DNA of 64,000 bases, taken from IMG/VR virus record IMGVR_UViG_3300008107_006173; one strand, written 5' to 3'. The notes beneath the pieces are model-generated. The model did not search any database and had not been told where the DNA came from. It saw nothing but the letters and a program-made list of their open reading frames with translations. Below are positions 39,250 to 49,567 of this stretch, one piece after another. The DNA comes from a virus (taxonomy: Duplodnaviria; Caudoviricetes). Made by a program: the position numbers and the translations under genes. Positions within the stretch are counted from its first letter, which is position 1; every line of letters starts with the position of its first letter.

Positions 39250-40777
39250 TCATTATGAAGCTGCCGCAGATGCAGCACAAAAAGAATTAGACACTATTAG
39301 TCCTACTATGTGTTATGCAAAGTGGGCGCAGGTATCTATGCATCTTACTAATGGAATGACGCATAGTTGTTATCATCCGCCAACGCATAAGATTCCTCTA
39401 GAGGAACTAGGAGTTAACCCCAGCGCACTTCACAATACCTTAGAGAAGAAAGAACAACGACGTGAAATGTTAGACGGTAAGAGACCAGCCGGCTGTAGTT
39501 ATTGCTGGCGTATCGAAGACGTTGGCGGGCGCAGTGATCGTGTTTACCGCAGTGGTGAGTACTGGGCACAGAATGCCAAAGAAGATATTAAGGCCGCCGG
39601 CTGGCAGGGTAATATTAATCCTCGCTATGTAGAAGTAAACTTTAACCAAGCCTGTAACTTTAAATGTAGCTATTGCAGTCCACATCTAAGCACTAGCTGG
39701 CATCAAGAGATTAAAGACCATGGCCCATATCAAATTGTGGGCGGCGAGCATAACAACACAGAAAGTTTAGCTCGCGCAGGACTAATGCCATTGCGTGTAG
39801 CACAGGATGAAAATCCATATGTAGAAGCGTTCTGGAAGTGGTGGCCCGAACTGTATAAAAGTCTAGAAGTGTTTCGTATGACTGGTGGTGAGCCATTAAT
39901 GGATGTAAACACTTTTAAAGTATTGGACTATGTACACAAGAATCCTAACGCATGGTTAGAGATGAGTGTTACAAGCAACATGTGTCCGCCAAAGCCACAG
40001 CTAATGGACAAGTTTATTGAATCGCTACAGAGACTAGAACAGATTCAAATTTGGGAAGATCCACAGAAGTTTAATCCAAACAGTGGAAACAACTGGTATG
40101 TAGCACCAGCTTGTAAGAACTTTGCTGTGTTTGTTAGCTGTGATGGTTTTGGTAAGCAAGCCGAGTATATGCGTAACGGCATGGACTTTGAAGTACTAAA
40201 GAAGAATGTGTTGCGTGTATTACGCGAAACAGACAACACTACTATCACATTTATTAATACATTTAATGCACTTAGCCTAACCAGCTTCCGTGAATGGCTA
40301 CAGTGGATACTTGAACTTCGTGAGGAGTTTGCTAAAGATCGTCAAGGTACAAAATATGTACCTATTCCTGATAATGGCGGGCATAAGCACCCGGACTACG
40401 AAATTAAACCAAAGCAGCGTATTTGGTTTGATATTCCATTACTTCGCGCACCATTATGGCAATGCATACAAGTAATGCCCGAATGGTATCAAGACTACCT
40501 AGAAGAAGCTATCGCGTTTATGGAAATCAACCGCGCAAACGAAGAACACATAGACTATAGAGGCTTTAAGGACTTTGAAATTGATAAAGCCAAAAGAAAC
40601 CTAGAATGGATGAAAGCAGGCAATAAGTTAACTGAAGAAGAAGTACTAAAAGCGCGAGCTAATTTTTATAAGTTCTTTACGCAACATGATCAGCGTAGAG
40701 ACACAGACTTTTTATCAGTGTTCCCGGAAATGGAAGACTGGTGGCAGATTTGTCAAGCAGCGGAGGCACTAGTATAA
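39242..40777 (+). CDS. Radical SAM enzyme 1 with N-terminal twitch/SPASM-like domain
   Basis: CNFKCSYC and GGEP; N-terminal CYAKW...SCYHP...CSYC. Confidence 0.9.
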   Translation: MTSHYEAAADAAQKELDTISPTMCYAKWAQVSMHLTNGMTHSCYHPPTHKIPLEELGVNPSALHNTLEKKEQRREMLDGKRPAGCSYCWRIEDVGGRSDRVYRSGEYWAQNAKEDIKAAGWQGNINPRYVEVNFNQACNFKCSYCSPHLSTSWHQEIKDHGPYQIVGGEHNNTESLARAGLMPLRVAQDENPYVEAFWKWWPELYKSLEVFRMTGGEPLMDVNTFKVLDYVHKNPNAWLEMSVTSNMCPPKPQLMDKFIESLQRLEQIQIWEDPQKFNPNSGNNWYVAPACKNFAVFVSCDGFGKQAEYMRNGMDFEVLKKNVLRVLRETDNTTITFINTFNALSLTSFREWLQWILELREEFAKDRQGTKYVPIPDNGGHKHPDYEIKPKQRIWFDIPLLRAPLWQCIQVMPEWYQDYLEEAIAFMEINRANEEHIDYRGFKDFEIDKAKRNLEWMKAGNKLTEEEVLKARANFYKFFTQHDQRRDTDFLSVFPEMEDWWQICQAAEALV

Positions 40778-40779
40778 CT

Positions 40780-41496
40780 ATGTCAAAGATAGTATTTTTA
40801 GGAGATAGTTTAACCGCAGATATTCCTTATGGTGAGAAAAAAAGCTGGGTTAAAAAATTCTGTACAGAGTATGATTTTTCTTATAAAAATCTAGCAGTAA
40901 CAGCTGGTAATAATAAAACTCAAGTTATCAAACTACAACATTATTTACTTAGTGATGAGTACGATAAAAATGATATCTTCTTTTGGGAAATAAATGCCAG
41001 CGGTAGAGTAAATGTATTATTCAATCGAAAACAAATAGTTGGCGATAAAACATTAGAAGATGCTGTAAACACAACTCGAGAATCTGAATTTAGTGAGCAC
41101 ATTACTAATGTAAGTAATGTTTTTAAAAATGATAATTATGGTATGATACTTTGCCATCCAAAGTTAAATCTATATAGAAGATTAGTCGATCCTTACGATT
41201 TACAGAATGTTGAAGAGTTTGTATTACAAGAAGTATTATCACAAATCAAACTATTATCACAAGCAGGGCATACAGTTATTGTAGTTTTGGGTTGGCGTGA
41301 TTGTTTAGCTGAAAATCACAAAGAAGTGTTCTTTCAACAATTAAATAAGACTAGCGCACACATAATAGATGCAGAAATTTTAGAATGGTGTATTGATCAA
41401 AATTTACCCATAGACGATGATGGGCTGCATCCCGATCAATTGAGTGCTACATTATTATGGGCTAAAGCACATCTATTACCAATACTAAAAAAATAA
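40780..41496 (+). CDS. SGNH/GDSL-like protein 2
   Basis: IVFLGDSLT...AVTAGNN...DDGLHP. Start moved to the ATG at 40780 after the upstream TAA. Confidence 0.7.
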   Translation: MSKIVFLGDSLTADIPYGEKKSWVKKFCTEYDFSYKNLAVTAGNNKTQVIKLQHYLLSDEYDKNDIFFWEINASGRVNVLFNRKQIVGDKTLEDAVNTTRESEFSEHITNVSNVFKNDNYGMILCHPKLNLYRRLVDPYDLQNVEEFVLQEVLSQIKLLSQAGHTVIVVLGWRDCLAENHKEVFFQQLNKTSAHIIDAEILEWCIDQNLPIDDDGLHPDQLSATLLWAKAHLLPILKK

Positions 41497-41511
41497 AGCA
41501 GAGGACAAACA

Positions 41512-43194
41512 ATGGGACGTAAGCAGGGCGAAAGCCACAGAGAATTTAAAAAGAGAATGATTGATCCGGTTTCGGAATCATTCTGTGCGGCTAAGTGGCT
41601 TAACGCTACTATTTGGCTAGGTCACGGTGGCACTACCAGTTGTCATCACCCTCCCGCACACCAAATCGATCTAGAAGAAATCAAAGAAAATCCCAGTGCT
41701 ATTCACAACACCAAGCACAAAAAGAAAATGCGTCAAATGATGCAGGAAGGCAAGCGTCCCAAAGAATGTGAATACTGCTGGAAGATTGAAGACATGGGCA
41801 AGGATGCTGACGGCAACGAGCCTGTAAGTGATCGCACATACAAGACTGTTATCTACGAAGATGAAGACTTGATGAAGATTGCCAAACTAAATCCTGATGC
41901 AGACGTTGGTCTTAAGACGCTGGAAATTTCCTTTAATAGAACTTGTCAGTTTGCGTGTAGCTATTGTAACCCTGCTTTCAGTACTACATGGGTAAAGGAC
42001 ATTCGTAACAACGGTGGATATCACAATATCCGTAGCGATGCACGTGGTCACTTTATTGACGACGCACCCTATGCTGAACCATTTGACAGAGATGACTTTA
42101 ATCCATATGTAGATGCTTTCTGGCGTTGGTGGCCTGAGCTTAGTCAAGAGCTAGAAGAAATTCGTGTTACTGGCGGCGAACCCACAATGACTCCGGACAT
42201 CTATAAACTGTTTGATTGGTTTAAGGAAAATGCTGATACGCCGCAAGCACAGAAAATGCGACTGGCTATTAACAGTAACTTGGGTTCTAAGAAAGACCTC
42301 ATTGACAAGTTGATTGCAGGCACACAGTATATTAATCGTTTCCACTTGTATACCAGTTGCGAAGCATACGGTCCACAAGCTGAATATATTCGCGATGGAC
42401 TAAATTGGACCGAGTGGACACATAACTTTGAACGTATGTGCAGTGAAGCTCGTATCGAAGGCCTGCACATGATGATGACCATTAATGCGCTGTGCTTAGA
42501 CAGTATTGTAGACTTCCTAAACTGGATGCTTTCAATGAAGCGCAAGTATGGACATAATCGTCCAGGCTTTACTTGCAACATCTTACGCTTCCCCAGCTTC
42601 CAGAGCGCACTAACACTACCAGATGAGTTACGCAAAAAGTATCACGATCAAATCTTTAACTGGCTCAAAGAAGTACGCGAGCGAGACGAGCGTGATGCAA
42701 ATGGACTACAGTTAGTACAACCTTGGGAACAGGATCAGCTAAGTCGTCTTATTGAGTATCTAGACGTTGTTAAAACACCGCATCGTAATACTGCTGATCG
42801 TGAACTGCTAGAGCATGACTTTAAAGTATTCCATGAGCAGTATGATGCACGCCGCGGCAAAGACTTCCGCAAAACATTTCCTAACCTAGTAGAGTTTTAT
42901 GATAACATCAAAGTTCTAGCACTGAATAAAAAAGAAATGGATATTCAACAGCCTAAGACATTAGCCAAGGACGGTGCCGTATATGCACACCGCACAGTCA
43001 GCGAAGATGGTGAAGTTGTTGTAGAGGAAGTACGACAGCGCGAGCGTAAGACTGGAGAAAGCGCAGATTGGTATGACAATCCACTAGACCCAGAGGCCCG
43101 CTCAGAACTTCTAAAGAAGATTGGCGGTAGTAGTATTGGTTGGGATACTGAAGTTGACGGCCTAGGCGGAACCGAAGACGATGAGAATCGTTAA
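41512..43194 (+). CDS. Radical SAM enzyme 2 with N-terminal twitch/SPASM-like domain
   Basis: CQFACSYC and GGEP; N-terminal CAAKW...SCHHP...CEYC. RBS GAGGA. Confidence 0.9.
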   Translation: MGRKQGESHREFKKRMIDPVSESFCAAKWLNATIWLGHGGTTSCHHPPAHQIDLEEIKENPSAIHNTKHKKKMRQMMQEGKRPKECEYCWKIEDMGKDADGNEPVSDRTYKTVIYEDEDLMKIAKLNPDADVGLKTLEISFNRTCQFACSYCNPAFSTTWVKDIRNNGGYHNIRSDARGHFIDDAPYAEPFDRDDFNPYVDAFWRWWPELSQELEEIRVTGGEPTMTPDIYKLFDWFKENADTPQAQKMRLAINSNLGSKKDLIDKLIAGTQYINRFHLYTSCEAYGPQAEYIRDGLNWTEWTHNFERMCSEARIEGLHMMMTINALCLDSIVDFLNWMLSMKRKYGHNRPGFTCNILRFPSFQSALTLPDELRKKYHDQIFNWLKEVRERDERDANGLQLVQPWEQDQLSRLIEYLDVVKTPHRNTADRELLEHDFKVFHEQYDARRGKDFRKTFPNLVEFYDNIKVLALNKKEMDIQQPKTLAKDGAVYAHRTVSEDGEVVVEEVRQRERKTGESADWYDNPLDPEARSELLKKIGGSSIGWDTEVDGLGGTEDDENR

Positions 43195-43936
43195 CACAAA
43201 TACCAAAGAAGCTATCGTATCAATGCCGCGTGTAGGCACATGGACATTGGTAAGATTCTTTAAAAATCTAAATCCTGCTGACTCAAACTGGGTTCATTAT
43301 AATGAAAAGGATGGATTTATGTACGACATAGATCCTGCAAATCCAGATTCATTTAAAAATAAAATGGCTTATAATGATTGGAAAATAACAGTTGTATTAC
43401 GAGATCCGTGGCAACGATATGTTAGCGGTGTATGTGAAGTATTGTTTGGCGGTAGCGCAACTGGATTTTTTCCAACTAGAGCATCCAATGATAAAGACTT
43501 TGCTAGAGCTAAACTGTCATATGAAAAGCAAACTGATACAGAATTAAAAATATTCTATGTTAGTGACGCACTAAGAGCTGACTATAATTTTGTACGAGGT
43601 ACTTTAGAAAACATGTATGCTTTTTGCAATTACGACATTAGTCTAAATGAAAATATGCATACACGAAATTGGCTTAGCAATATTGTTCACGGAGCAAAGT
43701 TAGGTGGAAATATACAGGTTGTCGATATTGCATCATTAGAGAAATATTTGAAACAGCAATGGCCCAAAACTCATTTTGATTCATATAATGTAACACCATC
43801 GGGTCTTAAAAATAATGTCGAACGAGCTCTGAGCGACATGATAATGCACGACAAAATTTTTAAAAATAGAGTTGGAGAATATCTCGATCGAGAAATTAAT
43901 AGATACAAAGATTTATTGTTTTACGAAGTTAAATGA
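43181..43936 (+). CDS. Sulfotransferase (family 2)-like protein
   Basis: SMPRVGTWTL resembles the 5'-PSB motif and VLRDPWQRYVSG resembles the 3'-PB RDPxxRxxS motif. Confidence 0.6.
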   Translation: MRIVNTNTKEAIVSMPRVGTWTLVRFFKNLNPADSNWVHYNEKDGFMYDIDPANPDSFKNKMAYNDWKITVVLRDPWQRYVSGVCEVLFGGSATGFFPTRASNDKDFARAKLSYEKQTDTELKIFYVSDALRADYNFVRGTLENMYAFCNYDISLNENMHTRNWLSNIVHGAKLGGNIQVVDIASLEKYLKQQWPKTHFDSYNVTPSGLKNNVERALSDMIMHDKIFKNRVGEYLDREINRYKDLLFYEVK

Positions 43937-44679
43937 CAAAGTTATATGCAAACATCAGTGTTGATCATCAAAATCAAAACCATATTCTAGAAGGTAGAAT
44001 AGTGGCCGCGGCCCAATGCAATGCTGATGCTGTTGTAATACACAAGACTACACCCGGACTAATTATACCTGAAGAAAAGAAATATGTGCCCGTGAGCAGT
44101 CGATGGGGTACAATATCCTATATTGATTTTGCAAAACGCTGTGAGCTCGACGATGAATGTGTAGATCATATTATTCAGCTATGTCGTCGAATTGGCATCC
44201 CTATAATCTGGTGTGTCACAGATAATACCAGTGCTGAGTATATAAAAAATCACACAGACTGTGATACAATAAAAATTCATAGCTCATCAGTTAACATCGA
44301 TGATCTAGCTGTGTTTTGTTCAAACAATTTTGATCATGTGATATATCCACATACTCTAGAAGAGTACACTCTTTCCTATTATAAAAAGAGCAAAGATAAA
44401 AACAAGTATTCATTGTATTACACACCCTCGGGTGATGTAATTAATTTAGAAACATTAAATTTTAAAATATTAGATAGTTTGACACATTCTCATCTGAATG
44501 TAGGCTACGAAAGTAGAACTAATACACTATTCCCCTGTGTTGCAACAGCCTACAAGGGCATAGAGTATATTGAAAAATATCTAGGCGATACTGATAACAG
44601 CAACGACAGCGTTATGAATCCTCAGCAGTTCTATGATCTATACAAAAACTTAGAAATATTAGAGATCGCCCATGGGTAG
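43933..44679 (+). CDS. Degenerate NeuB/PseI (nonulosonate synthase)-like protein
   Basis: KLYANISVDH...AAAQCNADAVVIH...RWGTISYIDFAKRCEL...GIP...IKIHS...IEYIEKYL follows the NeuB TIM-barrel layout, but AEIGxNH, KFQ and EKH are substituted. Confidence 0.55.
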   Translation: MTKLYANISVDHQNQNHILEGRIVAAAQCNADAVVIHKTTPGLIIPEEKKYVPVSSRWGTISYIDFAKRCELDDECVDHIIQLCRRIGIPIIWCVTDNTSAEYIKNHTDCDTIKIHSSSVNIDDLAVFCSNNFDHVIYPHTLEEYTLSYYKKSKDKNKYSLYYTPSGDVINLETLNFKILDSLTHSHLNVGYESRTNTLFPCVATAYKGIEYIEKYLGDTDNSNDSVMNPQQFYDLYKNLEILEIAHG

Positions 44680-44893
44680 AAATAATACATTAGATCTACA
44701 CGGCATAAGACATCATGAAGTAGACCGCTTAGTTGAAAATTTTATTTTTATGAATCAAGCTCATGCACCACTCACTATTGTCTGCGGTAACAGTCAGAAA
44801 ATGATAGATATTGTATATAAGGTTATTGATCGTATCAAACTTCGCATGGTAACTATGGATCAATATGGCGTTATCAAAATTTTAAAGGTATAA
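44672..44893 (+). CDS. Stand-alone Smr-domain-like protein
   Basis: TLDLHG...VENFI...LTIVCGNS resembles the Smr LDLHG...IxxGxG pattern. Confidence 0.55.
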   Translation: MGRNNTLDLHGIRHHEVDRLVENFIFMNQAHAPLTIVCGNSQKMIDIVYKVIDRIKLRMVTMDQYGVIKILKV

Positions 44894-44897
44894 ACAC

Positions 44898-45563
44898 ATG
44901 CAATTTGATATAGATATGACTAGGGGTAACGATAAAGCAGCATCGGATAATTATTTAACAATGCTTGTTGAAGATTACTTCCATGTTGCTCGAGATAAGA
45001 CAGTACTAGAGATAGCTGCACACACTGGAGCACAGACTTCTGCTTTGCTGATCAATGACCCCAAAAAAGTTATATGTGTTGAACCTGATCCCGATTCATG
45101 TAATTACAGTATATTTAAAAACCCCAAGATAGAATTTCATTCATGTACTGCAAACGATTATTATAAGTATCACAGTGAAAAAGTAGATGTTGTTACTTGC
45201 TTTGGGTTATTTTATCATCTGCACAGTCCGTTTCATTTAGTTGAGCAAATTGTAAACCACAGTGATCCCACATATATCATAATTGAAACTCTGTGGCAGG
45301 GTGATACAACTATGATTAATGAGAACAACAGTTATAAAGAACTTTTGGTTATTAATCACGAAGAACCTAATGCATCCGGCAACTTCTTTAAAGATAAAGG
45401 TGTGTTAAAACCAGTAAACTTAAATATTGAAATTAACTATAAGTACATACGACAAGCATTTATAGATGCAGGCTATCGCGTTGTCAATGAAACTGTATAT
45501 CGTGGAAAATACAATATAGATTCCAAGCAAGGTGCAGCCGTTACACTATTTGAAAAACTATGA
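44898..45563 (+). CDS. Class I SAM-dependent methyltransferase
   Basis: VLEIAAHTG (motif I), CVEP (motif II), DVVTCFGLFYHL. Confidence 0.75.
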   Translation: MQFDIDMTRGNDKAASDNYLTMLVEDYFHVARDKTVLEIAAHTGAQTSALLINDPKKVICVEPDPDSCNYSIFKNPKIEFHSCTANDYYKYHSEKVDVVTCFGLFYHLHSPFHLVEQIVNHSDPTYIIIETLWQGDTTMINENNSYKELLVINHEEPNASGNFFKDKGVLKPVNLNIEINYKYIRQAFIDAGYRVVNETVYRGKYNIDSKQGAAVTLFEKL

Positions 45564-46969
45564 CAAAAAGAATTAAACCAATTTGGGAACACGGGCGTAT
45601 GAGCCCTGAATCGCCTAACAAAACATTTTGTATGGCACCGTGGACGCACACATATATTAGCCCGCAAAGCGAGCGTCGTATGTGCTGTGCTAGTCGCGAA
45701 GAACACATGATGCAGCGTCAATATATTGATGCCAGTAATGACAAGAGCACAGGTAAATACAAGGAAGTTGGTACTATTGCTGACTATAAGCCAGTGAGCC
45801 TCGAGGAACACTGGAACAGTGACTACATGAAAGACATCCGCAAGAAACTGTTAGCGGGTGAAACTATTCCACAATGCGCTGTGTGCAATGACAGCATTCT
45901 AAGTCAAAGCACATACCGTCAGTGGTTCACAGGCCATCTATTTAAAGATAAAATAGAACAGGCCTTCGAGGAGACCGATGATGATGGCTATACTACTATG
46001 CCTCCTATTAGTTTTGATTATAGGGTCAGTAATCTATGCAACTTTAAGTGCAGAATGTGTGGAGAACCCCTCAGCTCAAGTTGGGAATCCGAAAAGCGAA
46101 AACACGGACTCTGGAGCCCAGAACATCAACCCTTTATGGTCCCGGAGAATAAGGCAATCATTGATCGATTCCAAAAAGAAGTTGTAGAGGAAGAGTTCTG
46201 GGCAGCTATCTGTAGCGGTGTTGTAGAAGAGATATATTGGGTAGGTGGTGAGCCGCTGATGTATGATATTCATTGGCGTGTTATGGATCGTCTAGCAGAA
46301 GATAATAACTTACGCAAAGTTCATTTGCGCTATAACAGTAACCTAAGCCGTGTGCGTTTTGGCAAACACTATTTGTATGATTGGTTACCACAAGCCAAAG
46401 ACTGGACCATGTGTGCTAGTATCGACGGCACAGGCAAGATTGGCGAGTTTATTCGCACAGGTCTCAAGTGGGACCAGTGGGACCAAAACTTCCGCGAAGG
46501 TGTAGCACTACCCGGTGGTAAAGATCGTATGCTAATGGATCTTACACTAACTGGTCCTGGTATGTTTGATCTTAAAAACTTCTTTGACTATGCACTAGAA
46601 CTAGATGTTAAGATTGAAACCAAGCGCATGTTTGCGTTTCACCCTGACATTGTGTTTAGTCCTATGGCTTGGCCACGACATATTTTAAATCGTATTGTTA
46701 ACGATAATTTAGATTATATTCGACCTCGGGCCACAGACAAACAGCAAACTCTCATACGCGAATTAGAAAACATGCTGGTAACACCCACATTCCAAGAGCA
46801 GTGGCCTGATAGTGCTGAAACAGCTTTCTTTAAAGGCCGCAACTGGCAGGACAAGATCGCTGATATACGCAGCGGCGAAGGCACTACTCGCATTGAGCAT
46901 ATATACGCAGCGGATCCAGAGTTACTGGATTGGTGGATGCGTTTAGATCCTAAACACAATCAACTTTGA
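45560..46969 (+). CDS. Radical SAM enzyme 3 with N-terminal twitch/SPASM-like domain
   Basis: CNFKCRMC and GGEP; N-terminal CMAPW...MCC...CAVC. Confidence 0.9.
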   Translation: MTKRIKPIWEHGRMSPESPNKTFCMAPWTHTYISPQSERRMCCASREEHMMQRQYIDASNDKSTGKYKEVGTIADYKPVSLEEHWNSDYMKDIRKKLLAGETIPQCAVCNDSILSQSTYRQWFTGHLFKDKIEQAFEETDDDGYTTMPPISFDYRVSNLCNFKCRMCGEPLSSSWESEKRKHGLWSPEHQPFMVPENKAIIDRFQKEVVEEEFWAAICSGVVEEIYWVGGEPLMYDIHWRVMDRLAEDNNLRKVHLRYNSNLSRVRFGKHYLYDWLPQAKDWTMCASIDGTGKIGEFIRTGLKWDQWDQNFREGVALPGGKDRMLMDLTLTGPGMFDLKNFFDYALELDVKIETKRMFAFHPDIVFSPMAWPRHILNRIVNDNLDYIRPRATDKQQTLIRELENMLVTPTFQEQWPDSAETAFFKGRNWQDKIADIRSGEGTTRIEHIYAADPELLDWWMRLDPKHNQL

Positions 46970-47001
46970 CATCAAAAATTAACAGGACCGTAAAACTCTC
47001 C

Positions 47002-47009
47002 GATAAATA
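47002..47009 (+). promoter_or_regulatory. T4-late-like promoter GATAAATA upstream of ugd
   Basis: In an ~90-bp intergenic gap, followed by RBS AGGAGA and the ATG at 47059. Confidence 0.55.
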
Positions 47010-47058
47010 ACAGCGTACTTTATAAAAGGTACTTTAGTTAACATATTAGGAGAAGAAA

Positions 47059-48381
47059 ATGGCCTCAATTGGATTTATCGGAGTGGGCAAGCTAGGACAA
47101 GCCTGCGCCGAGATGGTTGCCGAGGTCCATGATGTTGTAGGGTATGATATTTCACCCCGCAGTCCTGAAAACTTTAAGATGGTTCCCACCTTAGAGCAGG
47201 CTGTACTGGGGCAGGATATTGTATTCATCGCAGTGGAAACACCGCATGACCCACAATATGATGGCAAGGCACCAACCAGCCATTTACCCAACAAAGACTT
47301 TGACTACACGGTAGTCAAGGATGTTCTGCGTGAAGTAAATGCTGTTGCAACACCATCTCAGTTAATTGTTCTTATCAGTACTGTGCTACCAGGTACAGTA
47401 AGACGTGAGTTGGTACCACTTATCCCCAATGCACGCTTTGTTTACAACCCATACTTGATTGCTATGGGTACTGTTAAGTGGGATATGGTCAACCCAGAAA
47501 TGGTTATGATCGGTACCGAAGACGGCAGCGAAACAGGTGATGCAAAGGAACTTGTGGACTTCTACAAGACCATTATGCAGAACGATCCTCGCTATATCGT
47601 AGGCACATGGGATGAGTGCGAGTGCATTAAGGTGTTCTACAATACCTTTATCTCAGCCAAAGTAAGTCTAGTAAACATGATTCAAGACGTAGCTGAAAAG
47701 CAGGGCAACATCAACGCAGAGTTGGTGTGTGATGCTCTAGCTGCCAGTGATCGTCGTATCATGGGTCCAGGCTACATGAAACCGGGCATGGGCGATGGTG
47801 GTGCGTGTCATCCCCGCGACAACATTGCACTACGCTGGATGGCGGATAACCTAGGACTTGGCTACGACCTCTTTGACGCTGTGATGCACAGCAGAGAAAT
47901 ACAGGCTCGTAACATGGCAGAGATGCTGGTAGAGCTAAGTCAAGCTGGACGAGGTGTTACACCGGATCTACCAGTGATCATTGTGGGCAAAGCCTACAAG
48001 CCATTGGTACCCTATGAAGCAGGTAGTGCCAGCATGTTAGTAGGACACTATGTGGCTGAACAGGGCGCAGAACTATACTATCTAGATGAAGTGATTGGAG
48101 AGTCACCCAGTCCAGCAGTATTAAGCAAGCCCGCTGTATACTTACTAGCACACAATCCACAGATCACTTATGGTGAGCAGTTGGACTTTGTTAAGGGCTG
48201 GTATAACAACCACAGAGTAACAGGAGCAGACGAAGCTCTTACTGTGGCCACAGCAAATGGTACTGCACTGAACTTCGCAGAGGGCAGCGTAGTAGTAGAT
48301 CCATGGCGTAAGACTCCCAACACCATTCCGGGTGTAAGAGTAGTACACTATGGTAATACCCGCAAGGAATCACCACGCTAA
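47059..48381 (+). CDS. ugd: UDP-glucose/GDP-mannose dehydrogenase family protein
   Basis: GVGKLG NAD-binding motif, FIAVETP, STVLPGT, YNP, KVFYNTFISAKVSLVN and GDGGACHPRD (catalytic Cys). Confidence 0.9.
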   Translation: MASIGFIGVGKLGQACAEMVAEVHDVVGYDISPRSPENFKMVPTLEQAVLGQDIVFIAVETPHDPQYDGKAPTSHLPNKDFDYTVVKDVLREVNAVATPSQLIVLISTVLPGTVRRELVPLIPNARFVYNPYLIAMGTVKWDMVNPEMVMIGTEDGSETGDAKELVDFYKTIMQNDPRYIVGTWDECECIKVFYNTFISAKVSLVNMIQDVAEKQGNINAELVCDALAASDRRIMGPGYMKPGMGDGGACHPRDNIALRWMADNLGLGYDLFDAVMHSREIQARNMAEMLVELSQAGRGVTPDLPVIIVGKAYKPLVPYEAGSASMLVGHYVAEQGAELYYLDEVIGESPSPAVLSKPAVYLLAHNPQITYGEQLDFVKGWYNNHRVTGADEALTVATANGTALNFAEGSVVVDPWRKTPNTIPGVRVVHYGNTRKESPR

Positions 48382-48384
48382 GGC

Positions 48385-49518
48385 ATGTCTAATAACAGCG
48401 AAGTGGTCATAGGCAACACAGCTCGCAGCCACTTCGCTGTTTATGACTTAGGTACACATATTCAAATAAAGATTCGTGGGGGCTATATTGGGGATGCTCT
48501 CAGCAAGACTCAGCTTAAAAGATTACTAATTCGTGCAGCAGCAAACAAGAAACTGCTGATCCTAGACCACTCTAACGAAATACACCTGTGGTGGAAAAAC
48601 AACCATCAAGAAAGTGTGTTTGATATACTGCATGGTATTGCAGACAATATATGTGTAGATCCCAGTATTATTACTTTACAAACCAGTAACTTACTCTGCG
48701 CCAAAGCCTATACAGATTGGGCAGCAATCAACAACACTCAGCCTTCAATGGTTATAGAATCACTGATGAGTCATGCAGCAATCATATACTCAATGATGGG
48801 CACAGAGTTTGATGTTAACACCTACGCAGACTCGCCTAAGCCCAGTGTGTTTACCTGTTGGTTAGGTCGAACCAAGCAGCACAAGTTAGCTGTAGCAAAG
48901 TGGTTGTACAGCGCAGGATTTCTAACCAGTCGTAAACAGGCTGCGTGTGTGTCACTGCTATCAGATTATACAGAACTGTATCCCCATATTGAAACCGTTG
49001 ACCTTGAACTGCATCACATACTCAGTAACTATCGCAGCATAGAGGGTACAGCAACTATAGCTAGATGGCAACCTGGTCCTAAGTTTTATCAAGCGCATAT
49101 GAATACATATTTTGATTTTATAGTTGAACCTATCACCGAAGAAGACAGCAGTAAACCCAGCGAGTTAGCACAAGCGCACGCATGGAATCAAACCCTGTGT
49201 GCAGTTGAGCGAGTATTTAGGGCTATACTGTTACGCCGGCCTTTTATACTATTGGGTAATGCTAATACGCTAAAATTATTACACAATCTAGGATTTAAAA
49301 CCTTTCCCACACTATTTGATGAAAGTTACGATTCACTTAACTATAGCGATCGCTTTGATCACATAACCAAGCAAATAGAATCTCTAGTAGTAGATCCGCA
49401 GCTACATGCCAAAGTATATAACAAAACTATAGCAGACGCAGTACTGCACAACTACGAAAATCTAAAGCATTACGGTCCCAAACCAGTAAAGTATTTAGAT
49501 GCGCTGAGCCACTATTAA
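48385..49518 (+). CDS. Putative GT-B/GT10-like sugar transferase 1
   Basis: C-terminal FIVEP...AVERVFRAILLRRPFILLG...GFKTFPTLFDESYD; paralogous to 51907..53460. Confidence 0.45.
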   Translation: MSNNSEVVIGNTARSHFAVYDLGTHIQIKIRGGYIGDALSKTQLKRLLIRAAANKKLLILDHSNEIHLWWKNNHQESVFDILHGIADNICVDPSIITLQTSNLLCAKAYTDWAAINNTQPSMVIESLMSHAAIIYSMMGTEFDVNTYADSPKPSVFTCWLGRTKQHKLAVAKWLYSAGFLTSRKQAACVSLLSDYTELYPHIETVDLELHHILSNYRSIEGTATIARWQPGPKFYQAHMNTYFDFIVEPITEEDSSKPSELAQAHAWNQTLCAVERVFRAILLRRPFILLGNANTLKLLHNLGFKTFPTLFDESYDSLNYSDRFDHITKQIESLVVDPQLHAKVYNKTIADAVLHNYENLKHYGPKPVKYLDALSHY

Positions 49519-49567
49519 ATACACACATAATACCATGCGTAGTGGTGGTCAGTGTTATAACATAGTA

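Noticed and set aside
46966-46996. TTGACA as a sigma70 -35 box upstream of ugd
   Set aside because: No acceptable -10 at 16-18 nt spacing (TAAAAC is at 19 nt).
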